A stretch of 63,962 bases of DNA, filler included, from Octopus bimaculoides (GCF_001194135.2; 6 parts of 6 records of this genome joined end to end with filler, not necessarily neighbours in it), one strand, 5' to 3'. Counted from the whole stretch's first letter, positions 51,682-63,962 are shown. Translations and numbers: made by a program. The notes: generated by a model not told the origin, from the letters alone.

Positions 51682-52436
51682 GGATTAGATTTAGATTCAA
51701 AATTGAATATGGTACTTATGTTTAGGCACCAGAATATAGTATGGTATGGTATTATACAAAAACCATTCTAAAAATGAGGTGATCAAAAAATACANNNNNN
51801 NNNNNNNNNNNNNNNNNNNNNNNNNNNNNNNNNNNNNNNNNNNNNNNNNNNNNNNNNNNNNNNNNNNNNNNNNNNNNNNNNNNNNNNNNNNNNNNNNNNN
51901 NNNNNNNNNNNNNNNNNNNNNNNNNNNNNNNNNNNNNNNNNNNNNNNNNNNNNNNNNNNNNNNNNNNNNNNNNNNNNNNNNNNNNNNNNNNNNNNNNNNN
52001 NNNNNNNNNNNATATATATATATATATGGGTGTGTGCTTTAGTAATAATTCGCAGATTGACTCAAGGCTGAAAGTTGTGTGTGTATATATACATATATAT
52101 TATATTCACATTTATTAATTTGTGTTGCGAGATTTTTGATGTGAAACCTTGTGTTGAAGCATATATTGTATTTTGGGATAATCACACCTTTTTTTCTAAA
52201 TAAACACACGCATTATAAAATGGACTAAGCCGGGTTTAGTCGATTGTCTTCTTCTATCAGTGCACACGGGGACGGAAAGAATAGCTGAAGATGTGTGCCG
52301 AAAGATTACCGAACAAAGGACACGAGTTAAAATAAGAATAATAATGAACGAGCGAAGAACGAATATATAGTGCCAGTATTATTTGGCAAAAAAAATAATA
52401 AATAAGTAAAGAATGACTATCCCGAAATACAACAAT

Positions 52437-52468
<32 letters not shown>

Positions 52469-52834
52469 TACATGCATAAAACATTACCTTCTTTTAGAAA
52501 AAAATATCTAACAAGCATGTTTCAATGTTCGCAACCATCAACAGAAAAGGGAAAATGGGACAAGTCATGTCACAGACGATGCAATCATTTAAAAATAGAA
52601 TCCACTTTTATATAACTGAAAGTGCTCGTATGTAACATCATTAAAAGGGGTCCTCGAGAAAAACGGATTTGATTTTCGAAATCTGCTGATGTGATTTGAA
52701 TCCTGAATATAAAAGAGGATGATTTTGTATTTTGTTCCTCGCTCTAATGATTCAAAGAACCATGTAAACGATTGCTACTTTTGTTTCACAATGACTTCTA
52801 GTTATAGCAAGAGAACCTGACAGAAAATAAGTTA

Positions 52835-53125
52835 CCCAAATCTTAATGTGGAGGGTAAGTGTTTCAAATTCCTATGTACAACATTTCCTGGGATAAGTTA
52901 GGATAAAATAGCGACTGGTATTATTGATGGGCTACAAATGAGAAAGTTAACGAAATGCCAGAATTTCTCGTCCTTGCTGGCTGACATAGAAAAACGAGCA
53001 TGGGATTCATTTGTGGCTGTTGTGAAAGGATTTGTGGGGAGTGAAAGGGCTGTAAACTACAAGGATTTGGTGGAGACATTACTTGACAGCTTTCATCTTT
53101 TAGGCTACAACATTAATATTAACAG
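52835..53125 (+). mobile_element. DNA transposase remnant, Chapaev-like (CMC)
   Basis: Reads GKCFKFLCTTFPGIS*DKIATGIIDGLQMRKLTK...EKRAWDSFVAVVKGFVG..AVNYKDLVETLLDSFHLLGYN, matching the recalled KIKxGIFDGPQIR...AWxSF...LGCNMS transposase segment. The superfamily label is less certain than the TE call. Confidence 0.65.
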
Positions 53126-53134
53126 GTATTAATG

Positions 53135-54130
53135 GAGCTAAAGAGTTGTAAGAGGCAAAGGACAAGAAAGAAAAAGATCGGTAGGTCCCAGGGTGAAAAA
53201 GGTGGATATGAATGAAGATTAGTGGCGTTAGGTGAGAAATAAGTAAACTGAACAAGTGGAAGTAAGGAAAATTAAAGAAAGAAAGTATTTTAGAGGACAT
53301 CTTCATGTAATGCCAAAAGGAATTGGTACAATGATTAGATAACTATCTCTAGCAGAGAATAAAGGCTAAAAGCTGCCAAAATCATGCGATAAAAGAAGCA
53401 ACTAATATCAGTAAATTCACCTTTTTCAATGAAAACAGTTTGATATTCTTGAAGTAAAAAAGAGAAATGGCAACACGAAATCGAATAATGAAAAAGAAAA
53501 GAAACTCTTTTGGGAAGAAATTATGGGGAAAAGATGTTAAACACAATTATAAAGCAGAGAGAATAAAGCAATGGAAAATTACAGTGAAGACTCAGAAAAT
53601 GGTTGCTAGCAGAAAAGCAAATATTTTTTAAAGGAAATTAACAAAGGTAAGAAAATGGAAAGCAGCAGGGTGAAACCTGATCCATGGGAACTGATCAAAC
53701 GGGTTTACGATCATCTTTCATGAAACCATTTGTGATACAACAAAATGAGAGGGAATTGAAAAGGAAGGTATCACCTTGGTAAAAAAAAGAAAGAAACTAC
53801 CCAATGCTGAAAATGAAATGAAAAGGACGCCTCAAACTCTCGACTAATTAAGTCTCGAACAATTCTGTGAAAACTCCCGACAGGAATAATTGAGGAAAAT
53901 ATGCATAGGAGATAAATTAGATTAATTAATAACTAACGGTCTTGAGAAAAGTGTAGAATAATAATGCCTTGAGTGGTTATAAAAAAACATATGATCCAGT
54001 CTGGTGATGGAGGACAAAGCGACGTCTAGAAATTTTTTAAATCTTGGAAAAGATTAGGTGCTTTTATGGAGTAGATTTATTATCAAGATTAATCGATTAA
54101 GAGCTATACAAATCAGATAACCATTTGCTA
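53135..54130 (+). mobile_element. R4/Dong-like ORF remnant (pre-RT and RT start), heavily decayed
   Basis: Fragments RIKAKAAKIMR*KRSN*YQ, LWGKDVKHNYKAE and KWKAAG plus a YKKTYD-like motif, across several frames. Confidence 0.55.
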
Positions 54131-54924
54131 AATGCGATAAAACTTGATGCTACTCATGAGACTAGCAGTTTTTTCGGCCCAAGTTTGCATCTCTGATTGT
54201 ATAAATTTTCTAAATTATTGATTCGGACAGCATTTCCTTCTAAATTTTATAGCGTCGTCAAAATTTCGTTTGAAATAAAAGGTTTTTAAAAGTAGCAGTT
54301 ATAACTTGGTCCATTGGTTCCATGAAGGAGGCATAAAATGGAAGTTTTAAATGTTCATCTAAGTCAGACACTGAAAATGCTTTGTCTGGTGCATTGCCAA
54401 ATAATAACAAAGCATAAAGCTACAAGTCATTATATATTCACCGCACTCGGCTCCACATCGTCGCCGTGTGTCGCACACTTTTGCAGCGCGTTGATGACCG
54501 CAAAAGTCCTCCCGATTAAGCGTGAATTCTCCAATCGGATGAAGCTTTAGCGTTGCTTCGTTCTGACTTACTCAGAGATACTGGGGTGTTTTGTCATTGT
54601 CCTCCCCATCTGGATGGCTGTTGGTCTACAGGGAGCTCATCCGTCCTTTGACAGATCTTGTTGTTTGTCCTGCCGGATGTCCAAACCCTCAGAACAGTAG
54701 CAAGCTATTCAAGTGGGAGAATCGGTTTAGTCACCAACTAATCGACAATGAAATAGATAGTAATTCTTTCCATGGTACCAGTAGCAGGTCTCCTCAGCCT
54801 GTGATGAGGTTACTAACCTGAGTGATCCACTCAGCATAGGGACAAAAATAGTTTGTGAATCATTCTGTAAATAAATTCTCTGTCAACCCGTACCATTACG
54901 CTTGCTCACCTTATTACTTTATTT

Positions 54925-55560
54925 GAATCACCCATTACAGGTCCAGGGTTTTCAGATCGATACACAACCGTTGACTTCAGTTTGCAATCACCAGCTACAT
55001 AACAACCAATCAATAGAAAATGTAACTTTCTAGTTTTCTACTCTAAAACTTCTCTGTCAATCCAAAATGTTGAGGTGGGCATTTTCCCCAAAAACAATCC
55101 ATCCGCGTCAAAATTAAAAATTCGATCCACATCCTTCATGATGAACTTTGTTTCATTTTTTTCTTCTTTTTTTCATAATTTATCAAAGTTTTTTTCCCAG
55201 CCATCTTTATCCTTTATTACACATTCTCCTATCATTTTTACCTTCTGTAGTCTCGAATGTTCCTTAAGACGATAGAATCCTCTTCGACTTGCATTTAACC
55301 CGTCACTAGTTGCCAATTCTTCGTTTCCTTTTAGTTTAATGTAAAAGGTTAACTGCTTGAATGATTATTTAACTTAACAGAATTCTTTTGTGACTGCAGC
55401 CTTTAATCCATAACAAGGATGAAAAAGTTCCATTCAAGAAATTTAAAAGCTTTCTTTCTTTGCTAATTGCTGTTGACATATCCGTAAATATGGGCATTCT
55501 GGCTGTTTTTATTCGTGTTTCTTTTTCTTCGTAAAGGGTCTTACAGATAATTCATTTATT
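54925..55560 (-). mobile_element. pogo/Tigger transposase remnant
   Basis: Minus strand: LWIKGCSHKRIP, LNASRRGFYRLK..LQKVKMIGE, IFNFDADGLFLGKMP and AGDCKLKSTVVYRSENP (Tigger FNxDETGLFWKKMP / AAGDxKLKPLLVYxSENP). Confidence 0.8.
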
Positions 55561-56203
55561 CAGTTGTCACGTGAAATTTTAGCAAGCCATTCCCCACTTC
55601 CATGAAAGTTTTATGATTTCCATTGTATTTTCTTTCAAACGTTAACCCTTTACGTCTCTTAGGGAGAGAGAACAATGCATGAACGACAGAACCGACTCCG
55701 ATGTTCAGGTGAAAGGCAGTTTCTTTTCGACTCCGCGTGTGTTGTGCTTCGTGTTTATATTCTTGAATGGGATAAAGTGTAGAATTGGATTATTATCCTG
55801 CTTCCAGCGTCAGTGTTGCTGCCAGGATTTGAGAAATAGGGCACACTTCCACCCCACCCCCTCATTCTGTGGTTTAGGGGCATTTTTGAAAAACAAGGCG
55901 GGATTCGCGGCAGTGTTCAGTGAACAAATTAAACACACTGCCTGGCAGTGGCTAAAACGCAAACCGATCAAGCTTATGTTTGTTTCCTTTTACACAATAT
56001 TAAAACAATGACTAAAAATTTTCTGAAGCAGCACCCCCCCCCCCCCTCACTAATTTTATCTTCGATCCGCCACTGGGGGAGGGGTAAATCGATTACTTTG
56101 ATATCAGTGTTCAACTGGTTCGTATTTTATCAATCGTAATCACACTAATAGTTGTAGCAACAAGACATACAACAACAACAACGGTTAATAACATTAATCT
56201 AAT

Positions 56204-56390
56204 TTGGGCACAAGACAGAATTCTTGGTGGCAAGGGATTAGTCGATGATATCGACCTCAGTATTTGACTGATACTTTAGTCTATTGATCGCGAAAGGATG
56301 AAAGGCAATGGTAACCTAGGTGGAATTTGAACTCAGAATGCAAAGAGCCAGAAGGAATATCGCAAATCATTTTTCCGACTCGCTCATGAC
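56204..56390 (-). mobile_element. SINE family A-related, old
   Basis: TTGGGCACAAG...GTCGATGATATCGACCTCAG...GAAAGGATGAAAGGC...GGAATTTGAACTCAGAA. Confidence 0.7.
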
Positions 56391-56808
56391 AATAAACGCA
56401 ACAACGAACACAAAACCACAACACTATAATTATATAGGTACAAGGCCCGAAAACTATGATTATATATAAATGTATCGACATTGTGAGTGTATGACCTGCT
56501 AGAAATAGCAGCTACATGTTACTGATATCATTTAGGAATCTTTGTGTAAAAAGAGATAAAGAGAGACAATAGAGTCGTCGTCATCTCCAAAAATGATAGG
56601 ATGGTCACGGTTGTATTTCTTTTCACTATAAGTTTAACCCTTTAATCAAGGTTGATTAGGGTCGTGTTTCTTGTCTAGGGACCTCAACACTTGACCGAGT
56701 CAATGAAGAGCTGTTATGGTGTGCAGAGAGTCATGGGCACTTTTGGAGAGGACAAAGAAGCATCCCCGTCCAGAAGTGACCACAACAGGTATCTAAGAGA
56801 GAGAGAGG

Positions 56809-56841
<33 letters not shown>

Positions 56842-56959
56842 NNNNNNNNNNNNNNNNNNNNNNNNNNNNNNNNNNNNNNNNNNNNNNNNNNNNNNNNNNN
56901 NNNGAGAGAGAGAGAGAGAGAGAGAGAGGGGGTGAGAGAGAGAGAGAGAGAGAGAAGAA

Positions 56960-57113
56960 TCGGTTCTACTGACAGGTACTTTGTTTATTGACCCCCGAAA
57001 GGCTACACGTTAAAGTTGACCTCGATGTGATTTGAACTCAGAGCGCAGACAACTGGAACGATTACCACAGAGCAATATATCTGACCTCCTAAAGACTCGA
57101 CCAGTTGGTCACC
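56960..57113 (-). mobile_element. SINE family A-related, old
   Basis: GACCCCCGAAAGG...AAAGTTGACCTCGATGTGATTTGAACTCAGA. Confidence 0.65.
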
Positions 57114-57744
57114 TTTGTACAACAACAACAACGGTAATATCAGCAATAAAAGGAACAAAAACAAGAAACAAAACAACAACAACAAAAGTAAGTCTGACAT
57201 CAACGACAGCAACCAAGCTTTTACATGGTCACACACATTGCTAGAAACATCAGCCAGAACGTCGAAAAGCGGGGACAGACACTTTAGATAACATCGCTAT
57301 GTTAATCGAAAGAGGCGGGATGGTCACGATTAAATCGCTTGATGGATGGGGTTTCATAATTTTGCTCAGTCAGAGGTGACAAGGGAAGCGAAAGTAAAGA
57401 ATACGCCCATCCAGGGGTTAGGGTCAGGGTTTTTGTTAGGTGGAAAACGGATGGTCTACGTATTCTTTACCTCCGCCGCCAACGGAATATTAGCCACGAC
57501 ACCAACAACAACCACAACAACGATAAGAACAAATAGTTTGTAACAAATGCACAAAGTGACATAAATGGTGGGAGATGGACAGCCTCAGACCACTTGTATA
57601 ACAGACAGACACATGTCTGGGCATACACACGCACACCGCACACGTGTGTATTATTACATATTTATTACAAATATATATACACACACATATATACATATAT
57701 ATATATATATACATACATACACACACACACACATACATACATAT

Positions 57745-57779
<35 letters not shown>

Positions 57780-58184
57780 TACATATACACACACACACAC
57801 ACACATACATACATACATATGTATGTATTTTGACATGTTATAATTATTGATGATATATATGTTTAGAATAGAAAAAGCGAATTTGTTTCCATCTGAAGTT
57901 GGTGAATTGATGAGAACGTGAAACTCTAGGTGTGAATATGGTCGACTGACATAATTCCTTGAAACACAAACCAGTCGCTAATGCATGAACATCACTACAT
58001 CCACTACAATAACAGCATATTTATCCCTATCACTTAGCAACACAATCCAAATGCTTATGTTGATACAGAACAGAGAATCAAAGAGTAAATATAGTTTACG
58101 TGATAAGGAAAAAAAAATACAGAAAGAGATAAAAACTAGAAACCACAAACGAAACAGCAATCGATCAAAAGCAACATATACCTC

Positions 58185-58231
<47 letters not shown>

Positions 58232-58331
58232 NNNNNNNNNNNNNNNNNNNNNNNNNNNNNNNNNNNNNNNNNNNNTTAATTAATTAANNNNNNNNNNNNN
58301 NNNNNNNNNNNNNNNNNNNNNNNNNNNNNNN
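58232..58331. other. Artificial scaffold-join linker
   Basis: N44-TTAATTAATTAA-N44. Confidence 0.95.
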
Positions 58332-58671
58332 TATGTACTCTTAACTGTGAAACAATTGTACTAAATTAACTAAAAGGCAAGTGTTTTTTACTCTTCTCTA
58401 TTGTTTTTTGTTCTGTGTGTATCAAAAATATCGCTATCAATCTGGAGTAATAATTTGTAGTTTTGAAATCAGTAGTTCTTTGACTGCTATTTCTGAATTC
58501 TCAGTATGTTGGAGAAGCAGGTTACTGTCAATCCCTATATATTTATGATTATAAATTATTTACCGAAAAAGGTTTTTTCATACTGAGCTACCCGGCAGAA
58601 ATTGTTAATTATTAATTTTATTACTAATTGATGATTCCCTGCCCTGCATATCTATATATATATATATATAG

Positions 58672-60876
58672 CCTAAAGAAAGCACCCAAAATCTCCCCAG
58701 TCTGAACTTTCACAAAGCAGACTGGAAATCAATCCAAAAAGAGGTCCTCAGACAGGACTGGCAAAAATGTCTCACCACACCAGACATCAGTATGAAACTA
58801 GAGTATTTCTTGTCTGTTATGCAAGCCATATGCTACAAATATGTTCCAGAGCACAAGGCCAACACAAAGAGGAACAAGATTCTAAGGGAGAGGAAGATCC
58901 TCATGAGATGACAGGCAAAGGTCGCAAATCACTTTCACCAACATCCCCAAAATAGTGAAAAGTCCCACCTAAAAACAACACTGATGGAGATTGAAAAAGC
59001 CTGCAACAATCCTATGTGAAGGAGAGAGCAAACAAAGAAGCCTGGGTTATAAAAAGCATCAAGTCAAACCCAAAGGCCTTCTTTCATTATGCCAAAGTAT
59101 GCTGCAGAACAGGACTCCTCTTCCAGAAGGATGGCTCCCTCACAGATAACCCAGCCAGGATCAATGAGGTACTGAATGACCAGTTCAAAAGTGTCTTTAC
59201 TACCCCATTGGAACACAGACAAGTGAATGAACCAATGGATTTCTTTGCTGCCTCATCTATAGTTACCTATAGTGAGGCAGTTACGATGGATTACATTGAC
59301 ATTGGGGAAGAAGGTATAATACTAGCCATAGATGAGATGGATGCAAACTCAGCTGCTAGCCCTAATGGTTTCCCAGCAATCTTCCTTAAATCATGCAGAA
59401 CCACTATAAATTCTTTTCCAGAGTTTTCTTGCAAATGGCAAGCTGCCAAGCAAACTGAAGGAGGGAATAATATGCTCAATCTATAACGGAAGAAGCAGAG
59501 CAGATGCCAAAAATTATAGGCCTATCTCTCTGACTTCACACATCAGCAAAGTCATGGAAACTAATCACATTCCTTGAAGAAAATGACTTACTGAGTGATA
59601 CCCTGCATGGTTTTCAACCAGGTAGTAACTGCCTGAAATGGCTCCTACAGCATTTACTTGACAACTCAAATGTGGATGTAATATACCTCGACCTTGCCAA
59701 AGCTTTTGATAATGTTGATCATGGTATGATATGCCACAAACTTCATGATCTTGTCATAGCTGGAAAACTTGAAGAGTTGTAACATGACTTTCTGAACGAT
59801 AGAAGTTAGGCAGTGAGCCAATGGAGCTACCTCAAAGAAAACACAAATAGTGAGTGGTGTTCCACTGCTTGGGACCACCACTTTTCATAGTGGCCCTCTC
59901 AGATATGACCTCAATTTCCCAGATAGCTACACAGACAATATGAATCTCTCACAGAAAATACAAAACCCTAACAATGTTGTACACCTGCAGCAGGAGTTGG
60001 ATGCAATCTACAGATGGGCTGAGGACAATAATATGCAGTTTAATGCTGGAAAATTCCAAGCCCTGTGCTACCAGCACCCAAGATTGAATGATAAACTTAC
60101 AGGGTACACTAGCCCAGTGGGGATTACAATCCCAGAACCTAAATCAGTGCTTGACCTGGGTATCAATATGAGTGATGATACCTCTTTCCAAGTGCACATT
60201 ACCAGGATGGCGACAAAGTGCAGATGGCTGGATGGATGGATCCTGAGAACCTTCAGAACCTGAGAGAAGAAAACCCTGATGGTCCTCTGGAGGACATTCG
60301 TTCTCAGCTGCCTGGACTACCGCTCCCAACTATGGTTAGCCTACAGTGTAAAATTAACAGCAGACCTTGAAGCTATCCAGCGAAGCTTCACAAAGAAGAT
60401 CATCTCATTGCTACTGGGAGAGGCTGAAACAGCTAAGACTCTACTCCCTGGAGTGAAGGAAGGAGGAAGATTCTGGAAGGGACTGAGCCAAATTTTGGCA
60501 TTGAATGCTACATAAATTCTAGAATGGGTTGCCACTGCACAGTGCCAAAGATCCCAACAATGCCGTCAAGCTTCAGGAACAGTTACTGCAACAGCCTGGG
60601 TTTCAATGGCCCATAGCTTTTTAATATTCTCCCAAAGAACCTGAGGGACCTACACAAAGAGGATGTAGTTGTTTTCGGATCAAAACTGGATCTCTTCACG
60701 TTGAGAGCTCCAGATGAACCTACCCTGCGGCAGGAGTTGCAAATGAGGGCAGTGACATCAAACTCCCTTATCGATCAAATGCCACATATTAGAGCAAGCT
60801 CTCAATAAAAGCAGTGTATCAAAACAGCTATGCCCCAGCATGGCCACAGCTTAGAGCTGAAACCAATAAAAGAATA
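58672..60876 (+). mobile_element. CR1-like LINE ORF2 remnant with 3' UTR
   Basis: Multi-frame fragments LNFHKADWKSI, IKSNPKAFFHYAK, VLNDQFKSVFT, KNYRPISLTSHISKVME, VDVIYLDLAKAFDNVDH, RWAEDNNMQFNAGK and DLEAIQRSFTKKI. Stop at about 60808, then a short UTR ending in AATAAAAGAATA. Confidence 0.9.
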
Positions 60877-61325
60877 TATACACATATGTATATATCTATA
60901 TATATAAAATATTTTATAATTGTATACATAATTATATCAAGGGATCAGCTTTATGCCTCACCATGCACTGCGAGAAATAGACACTAAAGCCCTTAAAATC
61001 TCCAATAATAACATACTGTATTGTAGGCAAGCAAAAGAAAAATAATGAATCAACGAGGTTGGTTAACTCCGTACCTGATCGAATTTCGAGCTTCAAGTAA
61101 AATTTAAATATTTACCTATTGCTCTCATCAGTGGAAGTATTCTGTTAGATAAATTCATGAGTATTTCAAAATATGCATGCAATCAGCGGCATCACATGAC
61201 CAATATCTATTCATACTCGCAAAAATATAGCGTCAAGTATAATTTACATCCTTCATTTGTACGTATGTGTTAAGATCTAGATCTCAGTAAATGCAGTTTC
61301 AATCATGGAGTAAATTTATTCAAAT

Positions 61326-62299
61326 ATTGTCATAAAGGGTAAAATCAATAATAATTTTACCAGAGAGTCAGTGCAGAAACCTTGTTGATTCATTACAAAC
61401 TGTCCTCATTTAACGACCTACCTATTTAACAACCACTCAGAGTTACGACGAACTTTACGAGCCGTCATTACATATTTTACGAAGTATAAAAACTTAAAAA
61501 CTTTGACCGTTGTATTGTGCGCTGTATGAGAACGTGTTTTCGAGAAATTTAGGATGATGTTATTGAGAAATTTATGACGAAAAAAGAAGATAACAAAGCA
61601 AACAACACTGACGGGAATTTTCATGAATTTTGATGGCAAGAATGAGTTGCTTTTGTAATCTTTATCCAAAGTAAAACAAAGTTATTATGTTTGAGTTTCT
61701 TTTAAACCTTTTCACCTTTTCTATATAATCCTGAGAAAAGTTTATTAGGCATTTTATGTACTGGGCCTGGAATCACAAACATACTTACGATGTCTGAGCT
61801 ACAATAATACAGTATGCATATCCGAACTTTAAAGGTTTTCCTTGTGATAATCTTACTGTTACTTATTAATCTTTCAACAATTTATGTTAGTGATTCTTGA
61901 CCCTGTACTGCATATACTTTATGCAGTACGGTATTCTGTTTTTATATGTACATACAGTACACTATACCTATAAAAAAAATACGTACCCTCTGAATATTCG
62001 TTTAATGACGAATTTGCTTAACGACGGGGCTGTTGGAACATAACTCGGTCGTTAAATGAGGACAGTCTGTATTTTTATTTTGCTTGCATACAATACAATG
62101 TGTTATTCTCAGAGATTTTAAGGTAGTAATTAGGGGCTTTAGCATCTATTTCTCGCAGTGCATCATGAGGCATAAAGCTGATCCCTTGTTATAACTATGT
62201 ATATGATTATAAAATATTTTGTAAAATTTACCTATGGGGTTTTTATTTCCACACTGACTACCTGGTAAAATTATTATTAATTTTACCCTTTATATCAAT
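61326..62299. mobile_element. Inverted-repeat-bounded element (about 50-bp TIRs) hosting a nested MITE
   Basis: TAAAGGGTAAAATCAATAATAATTTTACCAGAGAGTCAGTGCAGAAA (from 61333) versus the reverse complement of about 62246-62292, TAAAGGGTAAAATTAATAATAATTTTACCAGGTAGTCAGTGTGGAAA. Confidence 0.6.
61396..62069. mobile_element. Tigger/pogo-type MITE, 674 bp
   Basis: 22-bp TIRs CAAACTGTCCTCATTTAACGAC / GTCGTTAAATGAGGACAGTCTG (21/22 match), TA target duplication on both sides, no coding capacity. Confidence 0.88.
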
Positions 62300-62303
62300 T
62301 ATT

Positions 62304-62661
62304 CATCATCATCATCACCATCATCGTTTAACATCCGCTTTCCATGCTAGCATGGGTTGGACGATTTGACTCAGGACTGGTGGACCAGGTGGTTACACCA
62401 GGCTCCAATCTGATCTGGCAGAGTTTCTACAGCTGGATGCCCTTCCTAACACCAACCACTCCAAGAGTGTAGTGGGTACTTTTACATGCCACCGGCACAA
62501 AGACCAGTCATGCGGTACTGGCAACGGCCACGCTCAAAATGGTGTATTTTATGTGCCACCTGAACAGGAGCCAGTCCAGAAGCACTGGCAACAATCTAGC
62601 TCGAATGAATTTTCACATGCCAACGGCACAAGTGCCAGTAAGGCAACACTGGTAACGATCA
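62304..62661 (-). mobile_element. Family C (RTE-type 3' end) with internal 63-67 bp tandem units, cut by a linker
   Basis: (CAT)n tail, CCATGCTAGCATGG, GGATGCCCTTCC, then three diverged units starting at 62480, 62547 and 62610. Confidence 0.8.
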
Positions 62662-62761
62662 NNNNNNNNNNNNNNNNNNNNNNNNNNNNNNNNNNNNNNN
62701 NNNNNTTAATTAATTAANNNNNNNNNNNNNNNNNNNNNNNNNNNNNNNNNNNNNNNNNNNN
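62662..62761. other. Artificial scaffold-join linker
   Basis: N44-TTAATTAATTAA-N44. Confidence 0.95.
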
Positions 62762-63074
62762 TATAAGAATATGTATATGTATTTTTCCATATGTGTATTT
62801 CCATACACTGTTTTTAACACTGTTTTTAACAATTTCACCTTAATATCAGAGAATGTGTGACAATCAGTATGTAACACTACAAAGTTCATACAAAGCTTTA
62901 TACTTTAAATATATTTTATCATCAAAGAATGTATATATGCATTTTAATACTCAAACTGTTTTTTAACATTTTTTATTATTCTCAAAGACTTTTGATAATC
63001 TTTTTCTAAAAAAGTGAAACCGGTTAAGTAAATAAATATTTTAAAAAAATAAGTGCATTTTCAAACCTTCTTTC

Positions 63075-63093
63075 ATATATATATATACATATA

Positions 63094-63124
<31 letters not shown>

Positions 63125-63962
63125 GTATATATATGTATATTTGTGTATGTGTGTATGTGTGTGTGTATATGTGTGTGTATATATGTGTGTGTGGATGTGT
63201 GTATATATATATAGCTACAGAAATTAGGAGGTAAACCTAGCTTGATATTAACATATAGGCAGGAAGACATACACTAGAAAATGGGTAGCACTGCAGACAC
63301 GGCCCCTCTATCAAAACTAATAGAAGTGGCTATGCGTACAGCTATGTGTGTATGTGTGTGCACATGTAGATGTACCTACATGTTGTTGTCGTTGGTATTG
63401 TTCTTGTTGCCGTTGGTCTTCTATTACTAGAGATACTCCTCCTGTGTGTATGCACATGCATATCTATTTGCTTGTGAGTGCATGCGCAGATGTATGTACG
63501 TGCATGTGCGTATGTGGATGTGGATACCTATATGGATGTATGTATATGTATATGTGTATGTATATATATGTATATATATATATATTTGTGTATATATGTG
63601 TATGTATATGTGTGGGTATATGTATATGTGTGTGTGTATGCATGTATAAGTATGTGTGCGTGTGTGTACATCTATTTGTGTGTGTGTGTGTGTGTGTGTG
63701 TATTTATGTATGTGTATATGTATAGGTGAGTATGTAGGTAGGTATGTAGTTGTGTACATACGGATGTAATGATAGTTGGCCACACAGTTGTGTATGTATG
63801 AATAAGTATGGGTATATGTGAGGGGACATAATGTGTATAAGGGTGTGTATCCTGATATGTATAGATGAGAATGTATTTATCCTCATTGTTACTGTTATGG
63901 CTATAGAATTAAGAGATGTGTGGCTGGGCGCATACATATGTATATACATACACGCACGCATG
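63075..63962. repeat. Degenerate TA/TG low-complexity region
   Basis: Mostly alternating purine-pyrimidine tracts. The ORFs here are repeat translations. Confidence 0.85.

Overview
AT-rich, microsatellite-dense eukaryotic draft-assembly window. The repeat content (several tRNA-derived SINE families, abundant RTE fragments, long TA/CA/TAA tracts) is most consistent with an octopod cephalopod (Octopus sp.); this assignment is inference. No complete protein-coding gene, RNA gene or CRISPR array is supported, and nearly all ORFs in the supplied track are translated microsatellites or N gaps. Five 100-bp N44-TTAATTAATTAA-N44 linkers show the window is six concatenated pieces, so adjacency across them is not guaranteed. 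Recognisable content: many SINE copies from five recurring families (called A, B, D, F and H here; E is a single F/D chimera) and an RTE-type 3'-end repeat (C); decayed non-LTR retrotransposons (RTE x4, CR1-like x1, R4/Dong-like x3); DNA transposon remnants (mariner x2, pogo/Tigger, Chapaev-like); a TIR-bounded Tigger-type MITE nested in another inverted-repeat element; and a 421-bp solo LTR with a 4-bp TSD. The most interesting signals are: a SINE family sharing its 3' stem-loop (with compensatory changes) with the CR1-like LINE; a Penelope-type hammerhead ribozyme motif; a hairpin array with invariant stems and variable 8-nt loops; a perfect 18-bp hairpin; and a set of phase-compatible candidate small exons on the + strand that may belong to an unrecognised gene.
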